From NCBI GenBank assembly GCA_035280845.1, contig DATEFB010000002.1:125183-189182 (forward strand): 64,000 nt of DNA, in the 5' to 3' direction. The stretch is from Candidatus Saccharimonadales bacterium (GTDB taxonomy: Bacteria > Patescibacteriota > Saccharimonadia > Saccharimonadales > EFPC-124). Below are positions 44,783-53,304 of the stretch, piece by piece. Both the position numbers and the translations under genes were made by a program. Numbering within the stretch: position 1 is the first letter of the stretch; every line of letters starts with the position of its first letter. A model generated the notes under the pieces. That model made no database searches and was not told the origin of the DNA. It was given only the letters and a program-made list of their open reading frames with translations.

Positions 44783-45953
44783 TACAGCCACGCAAGCCCA
44801 GAGCGACCAATCGTTACCGACTTTCCTTGACCATGTGCATGAACTCCGGCGGCGATTGTTTTGGGTGGTAGGTATTGTTCTTGTGGCATCGAGTGTAGCG
44901 TACAGCTTCCTCGGCACCATTTTGGACGTTCTTACCGCTCCGCTCGGTGAGCAAGGCCTGTTCTATCTGACGCCCGGTGGGGGGCTCAGTTTTTCATTTA
45001 AACTGTGCGCCTACGTGGGTGTGTTAGTTGCGGTTCCGCTGATTATGTACCATTTGTACCGCTTTATGGAGCCGCTCATGGGGAACTGGCGGCGCTCAAC
45101 TATTTTCTATGTGGGCCTGTCGACTATTTTGGCGGTGTCCGGGGTGCTTTTTGCATATTTCGTTAGCTTGCCAGCTGCCATAAAGTTTTTGACTGGGTTT
45201 AACGTCAATCACGTCCAGGCAATGTTGACCGCTGACTCGTACTTATCTTTCGTTGCTACCTATTTGCTAGGGGCAGCGCTTTTGTTCCAGATTCCCCTCC
45301 TCCTGTTGATCATTAACACTATGACGCCCCTGAAGCCAAGCAAGCTTATGAAACTGCAAAAGTTTGTGATTGTCGGGGCGTTTATCCTGGCTGCAATGAT
45401 CTCGCCAACGCCAGACATTATGAACCAGGCCTTTCTTGCGATTCCAATCATCGCCATGTACCAACTCGGCATTCTTATGGTGTGGGCGCAAAACAGTATG
45501 CGGCGGCGCAAAGAGGAGAAGCTGGCTGCTCGGGCAGGGGTGGACCAGCAGAAGGTTGAGGATCAGGAAGTGCAGCCTGTTCCGGCGCCGATTCTGGCCC
45601 AATTCGCCGAGCATCATATGCGACCAGCAGCCGTCCAGAAGCCTGCGGTAGTACCTGTTATGGCGCAGCGTCCTGCGCAGAGCGCGTTGCAGCCTGTCGT
45701 GCAGCAACGCATGCAACCTGCTCAAGTTCGATACACTCTGCGTCCTCAGGCGGCACGGCGCGTATTTACTGATATCGCCCCACGACGTGTTCAGCCAGGG
45801 TTGCGGCCTGCTCCCGTCCAGGCGCAGCCAATGCCTGTCCGACGACCTGCTACCATACAGTCCGCCCGCACCGCCCCACGATTGTCTGTGCCCGCCAGGA
45901 GTATCGATGGATTTTCGTCATATCGGCCTGCAAATGCTGCAGGAACCTCTTGA
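44733..45953 (+). CDS. tatC: twin-arginine translocase subunit TatC with ~150-aa low-complexity C-terminal extension
   Basis: FLDHVHELRRRLF N-terminus and six TM helices, then a P/Q/A/R-rich tail. The start overlaps the tatA 3' end and is uncertain. Confidence 0.8.
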   Translation: MKMGNAKFQAPAPTTNSTATQAQSDQSLPTFLDHVHELRRRLFWVVGIVLVASSVAYSFLGTILDVLTAPLGEQGLFYLTPGGGLSFSFKLCAYVGVLVAVPLIMYHLYRFMEPLMGNWRRSTIFYVGLSTILAVSGVLFAYFVSLPAAIKFLTGFNVNHVQAMLTADSYLSFVATYLLGAALLFQIPLLLLIINTMTPLKPSKLMKLQKFVIVGAFILAAMISPTPDIMNQAFLAIPIIAMYQLGILMVWAQNSMRRRKEEKLAARAGVDQQKVEDQEVQPVPAPILAQFAEHHMRPAAVQKPAVVPVMAQRPAQSALQPVVQQRMQPAQVRYTLRPQAARRVFTDIAPRRVQPGLRPAPVQAQPMPVRRPATIQSARTAPRLSVPARSIDGFSSYRPANAAGTS

Positions 45954-46017
45954 CTTCCGAGCGCTTATGCTTAATCATAGAAACAACACCTAAAACAAAA
46001 AAACAAGTGAGAATATT

Positions 46018-46215
46018 ATGGCAACACCCACACCTATAAACGAGCTTTTGCAAAAACGAATGGACCGCAAGGACTTCTTAAAGCACGTCGCAATGGGCGT
46101 GGCAGTCCTTACTGGCACGGCCGCAGTCGTTAAGATGTTTCGCCCACAACAGCAGGCAAGCATGGGTTACGGCGCTTCGGCATACGGCGGCAACCCCGCA
46201 CTACGCCAGAAGTAA
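46018..46215 (+). CDS. 65-aa protein with Tat-like (RK-variant) signal or anchor
   Basis: MDRKDFLKHVAMGVAVLTGTAAVV resembles S/T-R-R-x-F-L-K plus an h-region. Lies immediately downstream of tatC. Confidence 0.5.
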   Translation: MATPTPINELLQKRMDRKDFLKHVAMGVAVLTGTAAVVKMFRPQQQASMGYGASAYGGNPALRQK

Positions 46216-46232
46216 TACGTTTTATTGATTCC

Positions 46233-46262
46233 AAACGGACAGTCATTCGACTGTCCGTTTTT
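46233..46262 (+). terminator. intrinsic terminator
   Basis: AAACGGACAGTC / GACTGTCCGTTT stem, then a T-run. Confidence 0.65.
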
Positions 46263-46415
46263 ATATAAATTACAACACTCACCTCAAGGGCCTGCTCATT
46301 GTATAGCGAGGGAACCTAGGCTAGCATAATGGCGTCAACCAGTTACATATACGATAAACGGCGCAACCGCGCCGGTCTGTTAGCTGCTGGCTTGCATAAC
46401 ACAAAGGATGGGTAT

Positions 46416-46655
46416 ATGGTACGACTTCCGCAGCCGGGCGGCGATGTAAACACATGGGGTGATATCCTTAATGAATATCTACTCAGGCAGCACAAGCCGG
46501 ATGGGACGCATGTTCTCACCAAGGCCGATGTGGGCTTGGGCAATGCAGACGACACAAGCGATGCGGCAAAGCCAATAAGTACTGCACAGCAGACTGCCCT
46601 CGATGCAAAAGCATCTGTTGGGCAAGCTATTGCAATAGCGGTGGCATTGTCATGA
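46416..46655 (+). CDS. small phage-tail-fibre-like protein
   Basis: ATG at 46416 after AAGGATGGG. MVRLPQPGGDVNTWGDILNEYL is paralogous to the 35706 ORF. VGLGNADDTSDAAKPISTAQQTALDAK is a motif I recall from tail fibres. Confidence 0.6.
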   Translation: MVRLPQPGGDVNTWGDILNEYLLRQHKPDGTHVLTKADVGLGNADDTSDAAKPISTAQQTALDAKASVGQAIAIAVALS

Positions 46656-47563
46656 AACAAATTATCCGCAATTACAGCTTTAATAAGAACGCGGGCACAA
46701 TTACCTTCTCTGATTTTGCAACAATTAGCTTAGACCGGGTATTGCTCGTAACAAATGTCACAGCAAACACCATACTGTACCAATTTAATGAACCGACACT
46801 TGGTGGAACGGCCGCTGGCAATGTACTGACTCTGGTCCGCGCGACAACTGGCATGAACAATGGTGACCGTCTGCAAATCATATATGACAGCGCCGCGGGC
46901 GACCCAACATATGATACACCCACCGTAGCGATGCAGGGGTTGCACCAGACAACACCGCCAAGCCTTACTAACGGGCAGCATGGAGAAGTGCAAGTAGATG
47001 CGCAGGGTAGGCTACTGGTTTCGACCGCGCCGCTCGCTTCGGTTGTCGACTCGGTTACAGCCCAACCCGGTACGGTCACTCGTGTTACTTATTCTGCGGC
47101 CGCCAGTTTTGTGCCTGCGGCAGGTGCTACAGATATATTTGTGCTTGTCGGTAGTACAGCAAAAACTGCCTACGTAACGCGCGTCCTTGTTAGCGGCACA
47201 CAGACCACGGCCGGCAACATAGAGTGTGCACTCATTAAGCGGTCAACCGCCAATACTGGTGGTAGTTTTGTCGCGGCGAATATGATCCCGCACGATTCTG
47301 CCAACCCGTCGGCTGCCATATCTGTTGGCCACTACACGGCGAATCCAACAGTGGGTAGTTCGCTCGGCGCACTTAGGAGGGAGCGTTTGCTTGTTCCGGC
47401 ACTCAGCACTGTCGCGCCGCATGACCACATTCTTTGGGAACTCGAGACAGCAGGACAGGGCATCGCGCTCAAGAATGCCAGCCAGGTTTTGGCGGTCAAT
47501 ATTTTAGGGGCGACGCTGGCTGGTGGCCTCATGTCCGTAAGTGCCGAATGGTACGAGGTGTAG
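46652..47563 (+). CDS. hypothetical beta-rich protein, possible fibre or receptor-binding component
   Basis: Overlaps the upstream gene by 4 nt. The N-terminal IRNYSFNKNAGTITFSDF...LDRVLLVTNVTANTILYQF pattern resembles phage structural proteins, from memory and unverified. Confidence 0.55.
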   Translation: MKQIIRNYSFNKNAGTITFSDFATISLDRVLLVTNVTANTILYQFNEPTLGGTAAGNVLTLVRATTGMNNGDRLQIIYDSAAGDPTYDTPTVAMQGLHQTTPPSLTNGQHGEVQVDAQGRLLVSTAPLASVVDSVTAQPGTVTRVTYSAAASFVPAAGATDIFVLVGSTAKTAYVTRVLVSGTQTTAGNIECALIKRSTANTGGSFVAANMIPHDSANPSAAISVGHYTANPTVGSSLGALRRERLLVPALSTVAPHDHILWELETAGQGIALKNASQVLAVNILGATLAGGLMSVSAEWYEV

Positions 47564-47564
47564 T

Positions 47565-48500
47565 ATGGCGGCGTGGTCAGGCTTAGGGATGAACTATGGG
47601 CATCAGTATCCTAATAATCCATACGACATGCAGCAGGTTGCTGCCGACCTGGATTTTTTAAAGAGTGCCGGCGTGACTCGTTTGCGGCTTGCGTACCCGT
47701 TATGGAACGACAGCGGCACGGCAATCGCGTCATGCCAGGCGCTGGTGCACTATGCGCTCGCCCAAGGGTTTTATGTTATTTGGGGTGTTGTGGCGCAGTC
47801 GCCGGCCAACGCTACGCAGTGGGCGGCGTTCAAGGATTACATAATGGACACTCTGGCACCTTGGGCCCAAGGCTTGCAGAACAGTAATTTTGAATTAAGT
47901 ATTGGCAACGAGGAAGAGTTCCACTGCGATGGTACGACACTTACCATTCCAACGGTTGTGTCGGATCTTGCGGCGTTGGCCACCGCAGTGCAGGGTGTTT
48001 ATACGCATGGGCCGATCTCGTACCAGGCCTCTATTGCTCATCTTGCTCAGTGGCAGTCCAATGGCCGAGGCGGATTGGACCGGATCGGATTCAATTGTTA
48101 TTCGCGCACCCCCGCCGGGGCTGCATTCCAGGCCGCTCTAATACTCGCCGCATTCCCGGGCAGTGGGTATGTGGCTGAGTGGGGGACGGGAAACGGGCGC
48201 TCAGACTTTTCGCAGGAATCGCTATGGACCGATACTATTTATGGCCAGCACAAGGCCTGGCAGGCAAGTGGTCTGCCAGAAGCCTACTATTTTGCTTACC
48301 GTGATGGCAGCTTCGGTCTTCCCGCAGACGCATGGGCAGTAAAGATGACGAATGGGAGCTTTCGGTCGGTTGCACCCTGGTTGCTTGGACTGCGACCTTG
48401 GTTCCTGGGTGTCCCAAATACGCCATTGGTCCGCACGGCGAATGTGGCCCGTGCTGGGCAGTCTGTGCGTGCAGCTAGCGGGCAAAGGCTAATTTTTTAA
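47565..48500 (+). CDS. putative clan GH-A (TIM-barrel) glycoside hydrolase
   Basis: The ATG at 47565 follows the previous stop by 1 nt. Candidate acid/base Glu in SIGNEEEF and nucleophile Glu in GYVAEWGTG. Confidence 0.5.
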   Translation: MAAWSGLGMNYGHQYPNNPYDMQQVAADLDFLKSAGVTRLRLAYPLWNDSGTAIASCQALVHYALAQGFYVIWGVVAQSPANATQWAAFKDYIMDTLAPWAQGLQNSNFELSIGNEEEFHCDGTTLTIPTVVSDLAALATAVQGVYTHGPISYQASIAHLAQWQSNGRGGLDRIGFNCYSRTPAGAAFQAALILAAFPGSGYVAEWGTGNGRSDFSQESLWTDTIYGQHKAWQASGLPEAYYFAYRDGSFGLPADAWAVKMTNGSFRSVAPWLLGLRPWFLGVPNTPLVRTANVARAGQSVRAASGQRLIF

Positions 48501-48533
48501 TATTTTTTACTAAACTTCAATCTTGTCAGAAGC

Positions 48534-49295
48534 ATGTCTTACGCCTATAGTACGTATATGGAGCTAGATGAAAGGCTGCGGCAGAAAGTTGCCGCTTATA
48601 AACCGACCCCAGACGCCTTAAAGCCTATTCGTCGCGCACCACTCCTTTTACTCGTTGGAATCACAGGCGCGGGCAAAGATGCCATCTTGCAACAGCTTCT
48701 TGCCACCTATCCTAATGACTACCGCTATATCTTGTCGCATATCACCAGACCCCCGCGCGAAAACAATGGGGTGCCCGAGCGCGAGGGGGTGGAGTATCAC
48801 TTTATTGATTTTGCGGAATCGAGCCGTATGATTGATGCCGGAGAATACATTGAGGCAAATATTGTCCACCATGAGCATATTTACGGTACGAGCATCAAAG
48901 AAGTAAAAAGTATTTATGACGACGGCAAGATTGCGCTCACCGATGTAACCAGCGATGGTGCCGACGATTATGTCCGACTTGGCCTGAGCGCCAAGCCGGT
49001 TTTTTTATTACCACCAAGCTATGATGTCTGGCAGCAGCGTCTGTTGCAGCGCGAGGGCCAAATGGACCCCGTTTACTACAAGCACCGCCTGCAGAGTGCC
49101 CTGCGGGAAATTACCCACGCGCTTAAGGCGCCTTATTTTTACATTGTCATCAATGACCACTTGAGTACGACTGCCGAGCTGGTAAACAGTATTGGCCATG
49201 GCGAACCAGTTGAGCCGCACTACCACAAGGCAATGGACATTGCCCGGCATATGTTAGAGCAAATTCAACAAGAACTTAGCACTCTTGACGCTTGA
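48534..49295 (+). CDS. guanylate-kinase-like NMP kinase with N-terminal extension
   Basis: P-loop GITGAGKDA (Asp where Ser/Thr is usual), and HITRPPRENNGVPEREGVEYHFI resembling Gmk TTRPPR..GE.DG.DYHFV. Confidence 0.65.
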   Translation: MSYAYSTYMELDERLRQKVAAYKPTPDALKPIRRAPLLLLVGITGAGKDAILQQLLATYPNDYRYILSHITRPPRENNGVPEREGVEYHFIDFAESSRMIDAGEYIEANIVHHEHIYGTSIKEVKSIYDDGKIALTDVTSDGADDYVRLGLSAKPVFLLPPSYDVWQQRLLQREGQMDPVYYKHRLQSALREITHALKAPYFYIVINDHLSTTAELVNSIGHGEPVEPHYHKAMDIARHMLEQIQQELSTLDA

Positions 49296-49302
49296 GTGCC
49301 AG
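49276..49302 (+). promoter_or_regulatory. CIRCE-like operator upstream of hrcA
   Basis: TTAGCACTC-N9-GAGTGCcAg, against the consensus TTAGCACTC-N9-GAGTGCTAA. Lies inside the 3' end of the kinase-like ORF. Confidence 0.7.
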
Positions 49303-49314
49303 TGCTACTATAGT
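49285..49314 (+). promoter_or_regulatory. candidate hrcA promoter overlapping CIRCE
   Basis: TTGACG (inside the CIRCE spacer), 18 nt, TATAGT. Confidence 0.45.
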
Positions 49315-49324
49315 AATAAGTAGT

Positions 49325-50023
49325 ATGACAGAGCGCCAACAGCATATCCTGGCTGCCATTATTGAGCAGTACGCAGAGGTGGCCGCCCCGGTGGGCTCGG
49401 TCACTCTTGCCAAGCTTTTTGGTGTCAGTTCGGCAACCGTCCGTGCCGAGATGAGCCGTCTGGAAGAAATGGGCTACATTGCACAGCCGCATACCAGCGC
49501 TGGCCGCATCCCTACTGACAAAGGCTACCGTTTTTACGTCAATCTGCTGCATGGCGACACTATGCTGCCATTGACTGACCGCCCAAATAAGGCGATCAGC
49601 TCGCGCGTAGCCCAGGCTGACCGCGCCGATGTTGCAATCCGCTCTGTGGTAGACACGCTTGTTGAGCTCACTAACAATGTCGGCTTGGCGACCATCGGCG
49701 ACCAATTGTATTTAAGCGGGTTCGGGCGTTTGTTCACGCAGCCCGAATTCTTAAACGGTGGCCCGATTCACGAAGTTGCCCGCCTCCTCGATAACCTCGA
49801 GCCATGGCTGCGCGAGGCTACTCCCAACGAACCTCTTAACGTGTATATTGGCAGCGAAAACCCCATTGGCAAAAGCAGCGGTTGCAGCCTGATTATCAGC
49901 CGGTTCCGCTCACCTTTTTCTGACTTCAGCTATATTGGCGTGCTGGGGCCGACTCGTCAGAGCTACCGCGAAGTCATGGGGCTTGTGGGCCATGCCGGGC
50001 GCACGCTCGAGGCGAGCCTGTAG
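49325..50023 (+). CDS. hrcA: heat-inducible transcription repressor HrcA (short form)
   Basis: ERQQHILAAIIEQY..PVGS..LAKLFGVSSATVRAEMSRLEEMGYI.QPHTSAGRIPTDKGYRFYV. About 233 aa from the ATG at 49325. Confidence 0.85.
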   Translation: MTERQQHILAAIIEQYAEVAAPVGSVTLAKLFGVSSATVRAEMSRLEEMGYIAQPHTSAGRIPTDKGYRFYVNLLHGDTMLPLTDRPNKAISSRVAQADRADVAIRSVVDTLVELTNNVGLATIGDQLYLSGFGRLFTQPEFLNGGPIHEVARLLDNLEPWLREATPNEPLNVYIGSENPIGKSSGCSLIISRFRSPFSDFSYIGVLGPTRQSYREVMGLVGHAGRTLEASL

Positions 50024-50076
50024 GTCGCACGAGCAACAAACAAGATTGATTAGAATCCAAACAAAGGGAAGAAAAA

Positions 50077-50544
50077 ATGAGCAAGCCAACCAAGAAAGAA
50101 CAGGAACTACAGGCTGTAAATGAAGAGCTGACCGCTGATTTGCAGCGCCTCCGCGCCGACTTCGAGAACTACCGCAAGCGTATCGACGTCGAAAAAGCCC
50201 AAATGAGCGACCTTGCCAAAACGGCTACGGTCATGAAGCTGCTGCCAGTCATCGATACTATAGAGCGGGCAATTGCCCACGCCCCTGCCGACCTAGCCGA
50301 AAACACCTGGGTTCAAGGTATCACCAGCTTAGCGAAAAACCTTGAGAAGTCGCTGAGCGAATTGGGCCTTGCCCGTATTGATGCCTCGCCAGGCGCCGTA
50401 TTTGACCCCAACCTGCACGAAGCCGTCATGATGGACGAGAACGCCGAGGGCGACCAGGAAGTGGTGGCAGAAGAGCTGCGCGCCGGATACAAAATTGGCG
50501 ACCAGGTCATTCGGCCTAGCATGGTTAAAGTAACAAAGCAGTAG
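50077..50544 (+). CDS. grpE: nucleotide exchange factor GrpE
   Basis: LRADFENYRKR motif and GrpE C-terminal beta domain (FDPNLHEAV, GY..GD.VIRPSMVKV). Confidence 0.9.
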   Translation: MSKPTKKEQELQAVNEELTADLQRLRADFENYRKRIDVEKAQMSDLAKTATVMKLLPVIDTIERAIAHAPADLAENTWVQGITSLAKNLEKSLSELGLARIDASPGAVFDPNLHEAVMMDENAEGDQEVVAEELRAGYKIGDQVIRPSMVKVTKQ

Positions 50545-50547
50545 GCC

Positions 50548-50847
50548 GTGAGTTACCGCACCAAATATATTATTTCGGTCGTGGTTCTGGTGGTAGGGTG
50601 TTTGTTTGCTCTTGATGGCTCAAACCAGTTGCGTAGTTCGTTTGGGGCACAGGAAGCTATAACGCAGGGGTTGTGGAAGCTTGGTGTGGGCGTTGTTTTG
50701 GTCGCCTTTGGCGCACCGCTCTTCCATTATTACCGCGAGCGCAAAAGGCAACAGGTCAGGCCAGAGGACGCCGAAGTAATAATGCTTGCGAAACTTGGCG
50801 AACAGCGCCTAAAGGCCCAGGAAAAAGACGAACGTGAGCGCAAATAA
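50548..50847 (+). CDS. hypothetical two-TM membrane protein
   Basis: 99 aa, GTG start, two hydrophobic helices and a charged C-terminal tail. Confidence 0.5.
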   Translation: MSYRTKYIISVVVLVVGCLFALDGSNQLRSSFGAQEAITQGLWKLGVGVVLVAFGAPLFHYYRERKRQQVRPEDAEVIMLAKLGEQRLKAQEKDERERK

Positions 50848-51148
50848 CCCCGGCACATTGAGTGAAGGCATGCGGCCGTGTTTTGGTTGCGTGCTGTATG
50901 AAGCCGGCGGCCAACCTTTCGATGCTGACACTGCTGCGGCAGTTAACGCTGAAGTAACACGCCAGATAAGCGGCGATTCGCTACGCGACCAAGATGACCC
51001 GACGCCAGAAAAAATCATTCGATGTGCCGCATTTGTAGCGATTCAAATGTGCGGCAACTTTCCACAATCCAGCAATTATACTCCGCTCGTACGCACCGGG
51101 CGCAGGCTCGACAGATTGGACCCTCAAGAAGTTGCCAGATATTTGTGA
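50834..51148 (+). CDS. hypothetical protein
   Basis: 104-aa ORF (GTG start) within the hrcA-dnaK operon context. No family recognised. Confidence 0.4.
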   Translation: MSANNPGTLSEGMRPCFGCVLYEAGGQPFDADTAAAVNAEVTRQISGDSLRDQDDPTPEKIIRCAAFVAIQMCGNFPQSSNYTPLVRTGRRLDRLDPQEVARYL

Positions 51149-51175
51149 TTAGCACTCTTGACTGACGAGTGCTAA
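51149..51175 (+). promoter_or_regulatory. perfect CIRCE operator upstream of dnaK
   Basis: TTAGCACTC-TTGACTGAC-GAGTGCTAA. A second, degenerate copy (TTAGCACcC-N9-GAcTGCTAA) lies at 51197-51223. Confidence 0.85.
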
Positions 51176-51186
51176 TTTTTTATGCT
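51158..51186 (+). promoter_or_regulatory. candidate dnaK promoter overlapping CIRCE
   Basis: TTGACT (inside the CIRCE spacer), 17 nt, TATGCT. Confidence 0.5.
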
Positions 51187-51271
51187 GTAAGTACAGTTAG
51201 CACCCACTGCGAGGGACTGCTAAAATAGATACAAGAATACACCTTATTGTTAAAAAGGAGAGGAAACCATT

Positions 51272-53149
51272 ATGGGTAAAATCATTGGAATCGACCTTGG
51301 TACAACCAACAGCGCTGTAGCGTATATGATTGCTGGCAAACCAGAGGTTATTGCAAATGCAGAAGGTAACCGCACAACACCGAGTGTGGTTGCGATTAAC
51401 AAAGGCGGCGAGCGTCTGGTAGGGCAAGTTGCCCAGCGCCAGCGCGTTACAAACGCTAAAAACACCATTTATGGCGTAAAGCGTCTGATTGGCCGCAAGT
51501 TTACTGACGACGAAGTCCAAAAAGACCTCGACCTTATGCCGTACCAGATTGTTAAGAGCGGCGACGGCGTAAAAGTAAAAATGGGCGACAAAGAATACAG
51601 CTCAGAAGAAGTCTCGGCAATGATCCTGAGCAAGCTTAAGGCCGACGCCGAAGCCTTCCTGGGCGAGCCCGTGACTGAAGCTGTTATTACCGTGCCTGCC
51701 TACTTTGACGACAGCCAGCGCCAGGCCACTAAAGACGCGGGCAAGATCGCTGGCCTCGAAGTGAAGCGCATTATCAACGAGCCAACTGCTGCCGCGCTTG
51801 CCTATGGCCTCGAAAAGAAAAAAGAAGAGAAGATTGCTGTATTCGACCTTGGTGGTGGTACGTTTGACGTCTCTATCCTTGAACTAGGCGACGGCGTGTT
51901 TGAAGTAAAAAGCACCAACGGCGACACTCACCTTGGTGGCGAAGACTTCGACAACCGCATCATGAACTACTTCATGGAAGAGTTTAAAAAAGAGCACGGC
52001 GTTGACCTTAAGGGCGACAATGCAGCCATGCAGCGCCTAAAAGACGAAGCCGAAAAAGCCAAGAAGGAGCTTTCGAGCACTACCGAGACCGAAATTAACT
52101 TGCCTTTCTTAACGGCCGATGCTGATGGGCCAAAGCACTTCGAGACCAAGCTGACACGCGCCAAGCTCGAAGAATTAGTTGGTGATTTGATTGAGAAAAC
52201 CGCTGATCCTTGCGAAAAAGCCTTGAAAGACGCTGGTCTGAGCGCCAGCGACATCGACGAAATTGTTTTGGTGGGTGGTATGACCCGCATGCCAGCCGTT
52301 GTGGAAAAAGTGAAGAAAATCTTCGGCAAAGAACCGCTGAAGGGCGTGAACCCGGATGAAGTTGTAGCCGTGGGCGCTGCTATTCAAGGTGGCGTGCTGG
52401 CTGGCGACGTAAAGGACGTACTTCTGCTAGATGTGACTCCGTTGAGTCTTGGCATCGAAACCATGGGTGGTGTTATGACTCCGCTTATCGAGCGCAACAC
52501 AACTATTCCTACCAGCAAATCAGAGACGTTCAGCACTGCCGCCGACAACCAGCCGCAGGTAGAGATCCGCGTGTTGCAGGGCGAGCGCCAAATGGCCAAC
52601 GATAACAAAGAACTTGGTATTTTCCAGCTGACTGGCATTGCGCCAGCTCCTCGCGGCGTGCCACAAGTCGAAGTTACCTTTAACCTGGATGCAAACGGCA
52701 TTCTGCACGTGAACGCCAAAGACAAAGGCACTGGCAAAGAACAAAGCATCACCATTAGTAACAGCGGTAACCTGAGCAAAGACGACATCGAAAAAGCTCA
52801 AAAAGAAGCCGAACTACATGCCGACGAAGACAAGAAAAAGCGCGAGCTGATTGACGCTAAAAACGCTTTCTCGCAGGCAATTTACACCGGCGAAAAAATG
52901 ATCCGCGACAACAAAGACAAGATTTCTGACGAAGACAAGAAAGTTGTCGAAGATGCAATCGAAGAGGCCAAAAAGCACGAAAAGTCAGACGACAAAGACG
53001 AGATCGAAAAAGCTGGCAACGAGCTAATGGAGAAACTGCAAGCCGTGGGTAGCAAGCTATACCAGGCAGGCGATGAAGCCAAGGGCGACGACAAAAAAGC
53101 CGACGAGCCAATTGAGGGCGAAGTAGTAGACGAAAAGAAAGAAAAATAA
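51272..53149 (+). CDS. dnaK: molecular chaperone DnaK (Hsp70)
   Basis: [19 protein letters not shown], and full-length Hsp70 architecture with an acidic/K-rich tail. Confidence 0.97.
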   Translation: MGKIIGIDLGTTNSAVAYMIAGKPEVIANAEGNRTTPSVVAINKGGERLVGQVAQRQRVTNAKNTIYGVKRLIGRKFTDDEVQKDLDLMPYQIVKSGDGVKVKMGDKEYSSEEVSAMILSKLKADAEAFLGEPVTEAVITVPAYFDDSQRQATKDAGKIAGLEVKRIINEPTAAALAYGLEKKKEEKIAVFDLGGGTFDVSILELGDGVFEVKSTNGDTHLGGEDFDNRIMNYFMEEFKKEHGVDLKGDNAAMQRLKDEAEKAKKELSSTTETEINLPFLTADADGPKHFETKLTRAKLEELVGDLIEKTADPCEKALKDAGLSASDIDEIVLVGGMTRMPAVVEKVKKIFGKEPLKGVNPDEVVAVGAAIQGGVLAGDVKDVLLLDVTPLSLGIETMGGVMTPLIERNTTIPTSKSETFSTAADNQPQVEIRVLQGERQMANDNKELGIFQLTGIAPAPRGVPQVEVTFNLDANGILHVNAKDKGTGKEQSITISNSGNLSKDDIEKAQKEAELHADEDKKKRELIDAKNAFSQAIYTGEKMIRDNKDKISDEDKKVVEDAIEEAKKHEKSDDKDEIEKAGNELMEKLQAVGSKLYQAGDEAKGDDKKADEPIEGEVVDEKKEK

Positions 53150-53298
53150 TGGGTCTGCTTGATGACTTGCTGGGACCAATCCGCGACCTCGCAAGTGTGA
53201 AAGACGATGTCATGAACGAAGTAGGCCAGCTTGGCGATGTTGTGCAAGAGGTCAAAAGTCCCGTCGACGAACAATCTGGTGAAGATACGCTAAAATAA
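53149..53298 (+). CDS. possible 49-aa acidic protein between dnaK and dnaJ
   Basis: The ATG overlaps the dnaK stop (TAATG), and the ORF ends 6 nt before dnaJ: [49 protein letters not shown]. Too short for the ORF track. Confidence 0.3.
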   Translation: MGLLDDLLGPIRDLASVKDDVMNEVGQLGDVVQEVKSPVDEQSGEDTLK

Positions 53299-53304
53299 GA
53301 ACCT

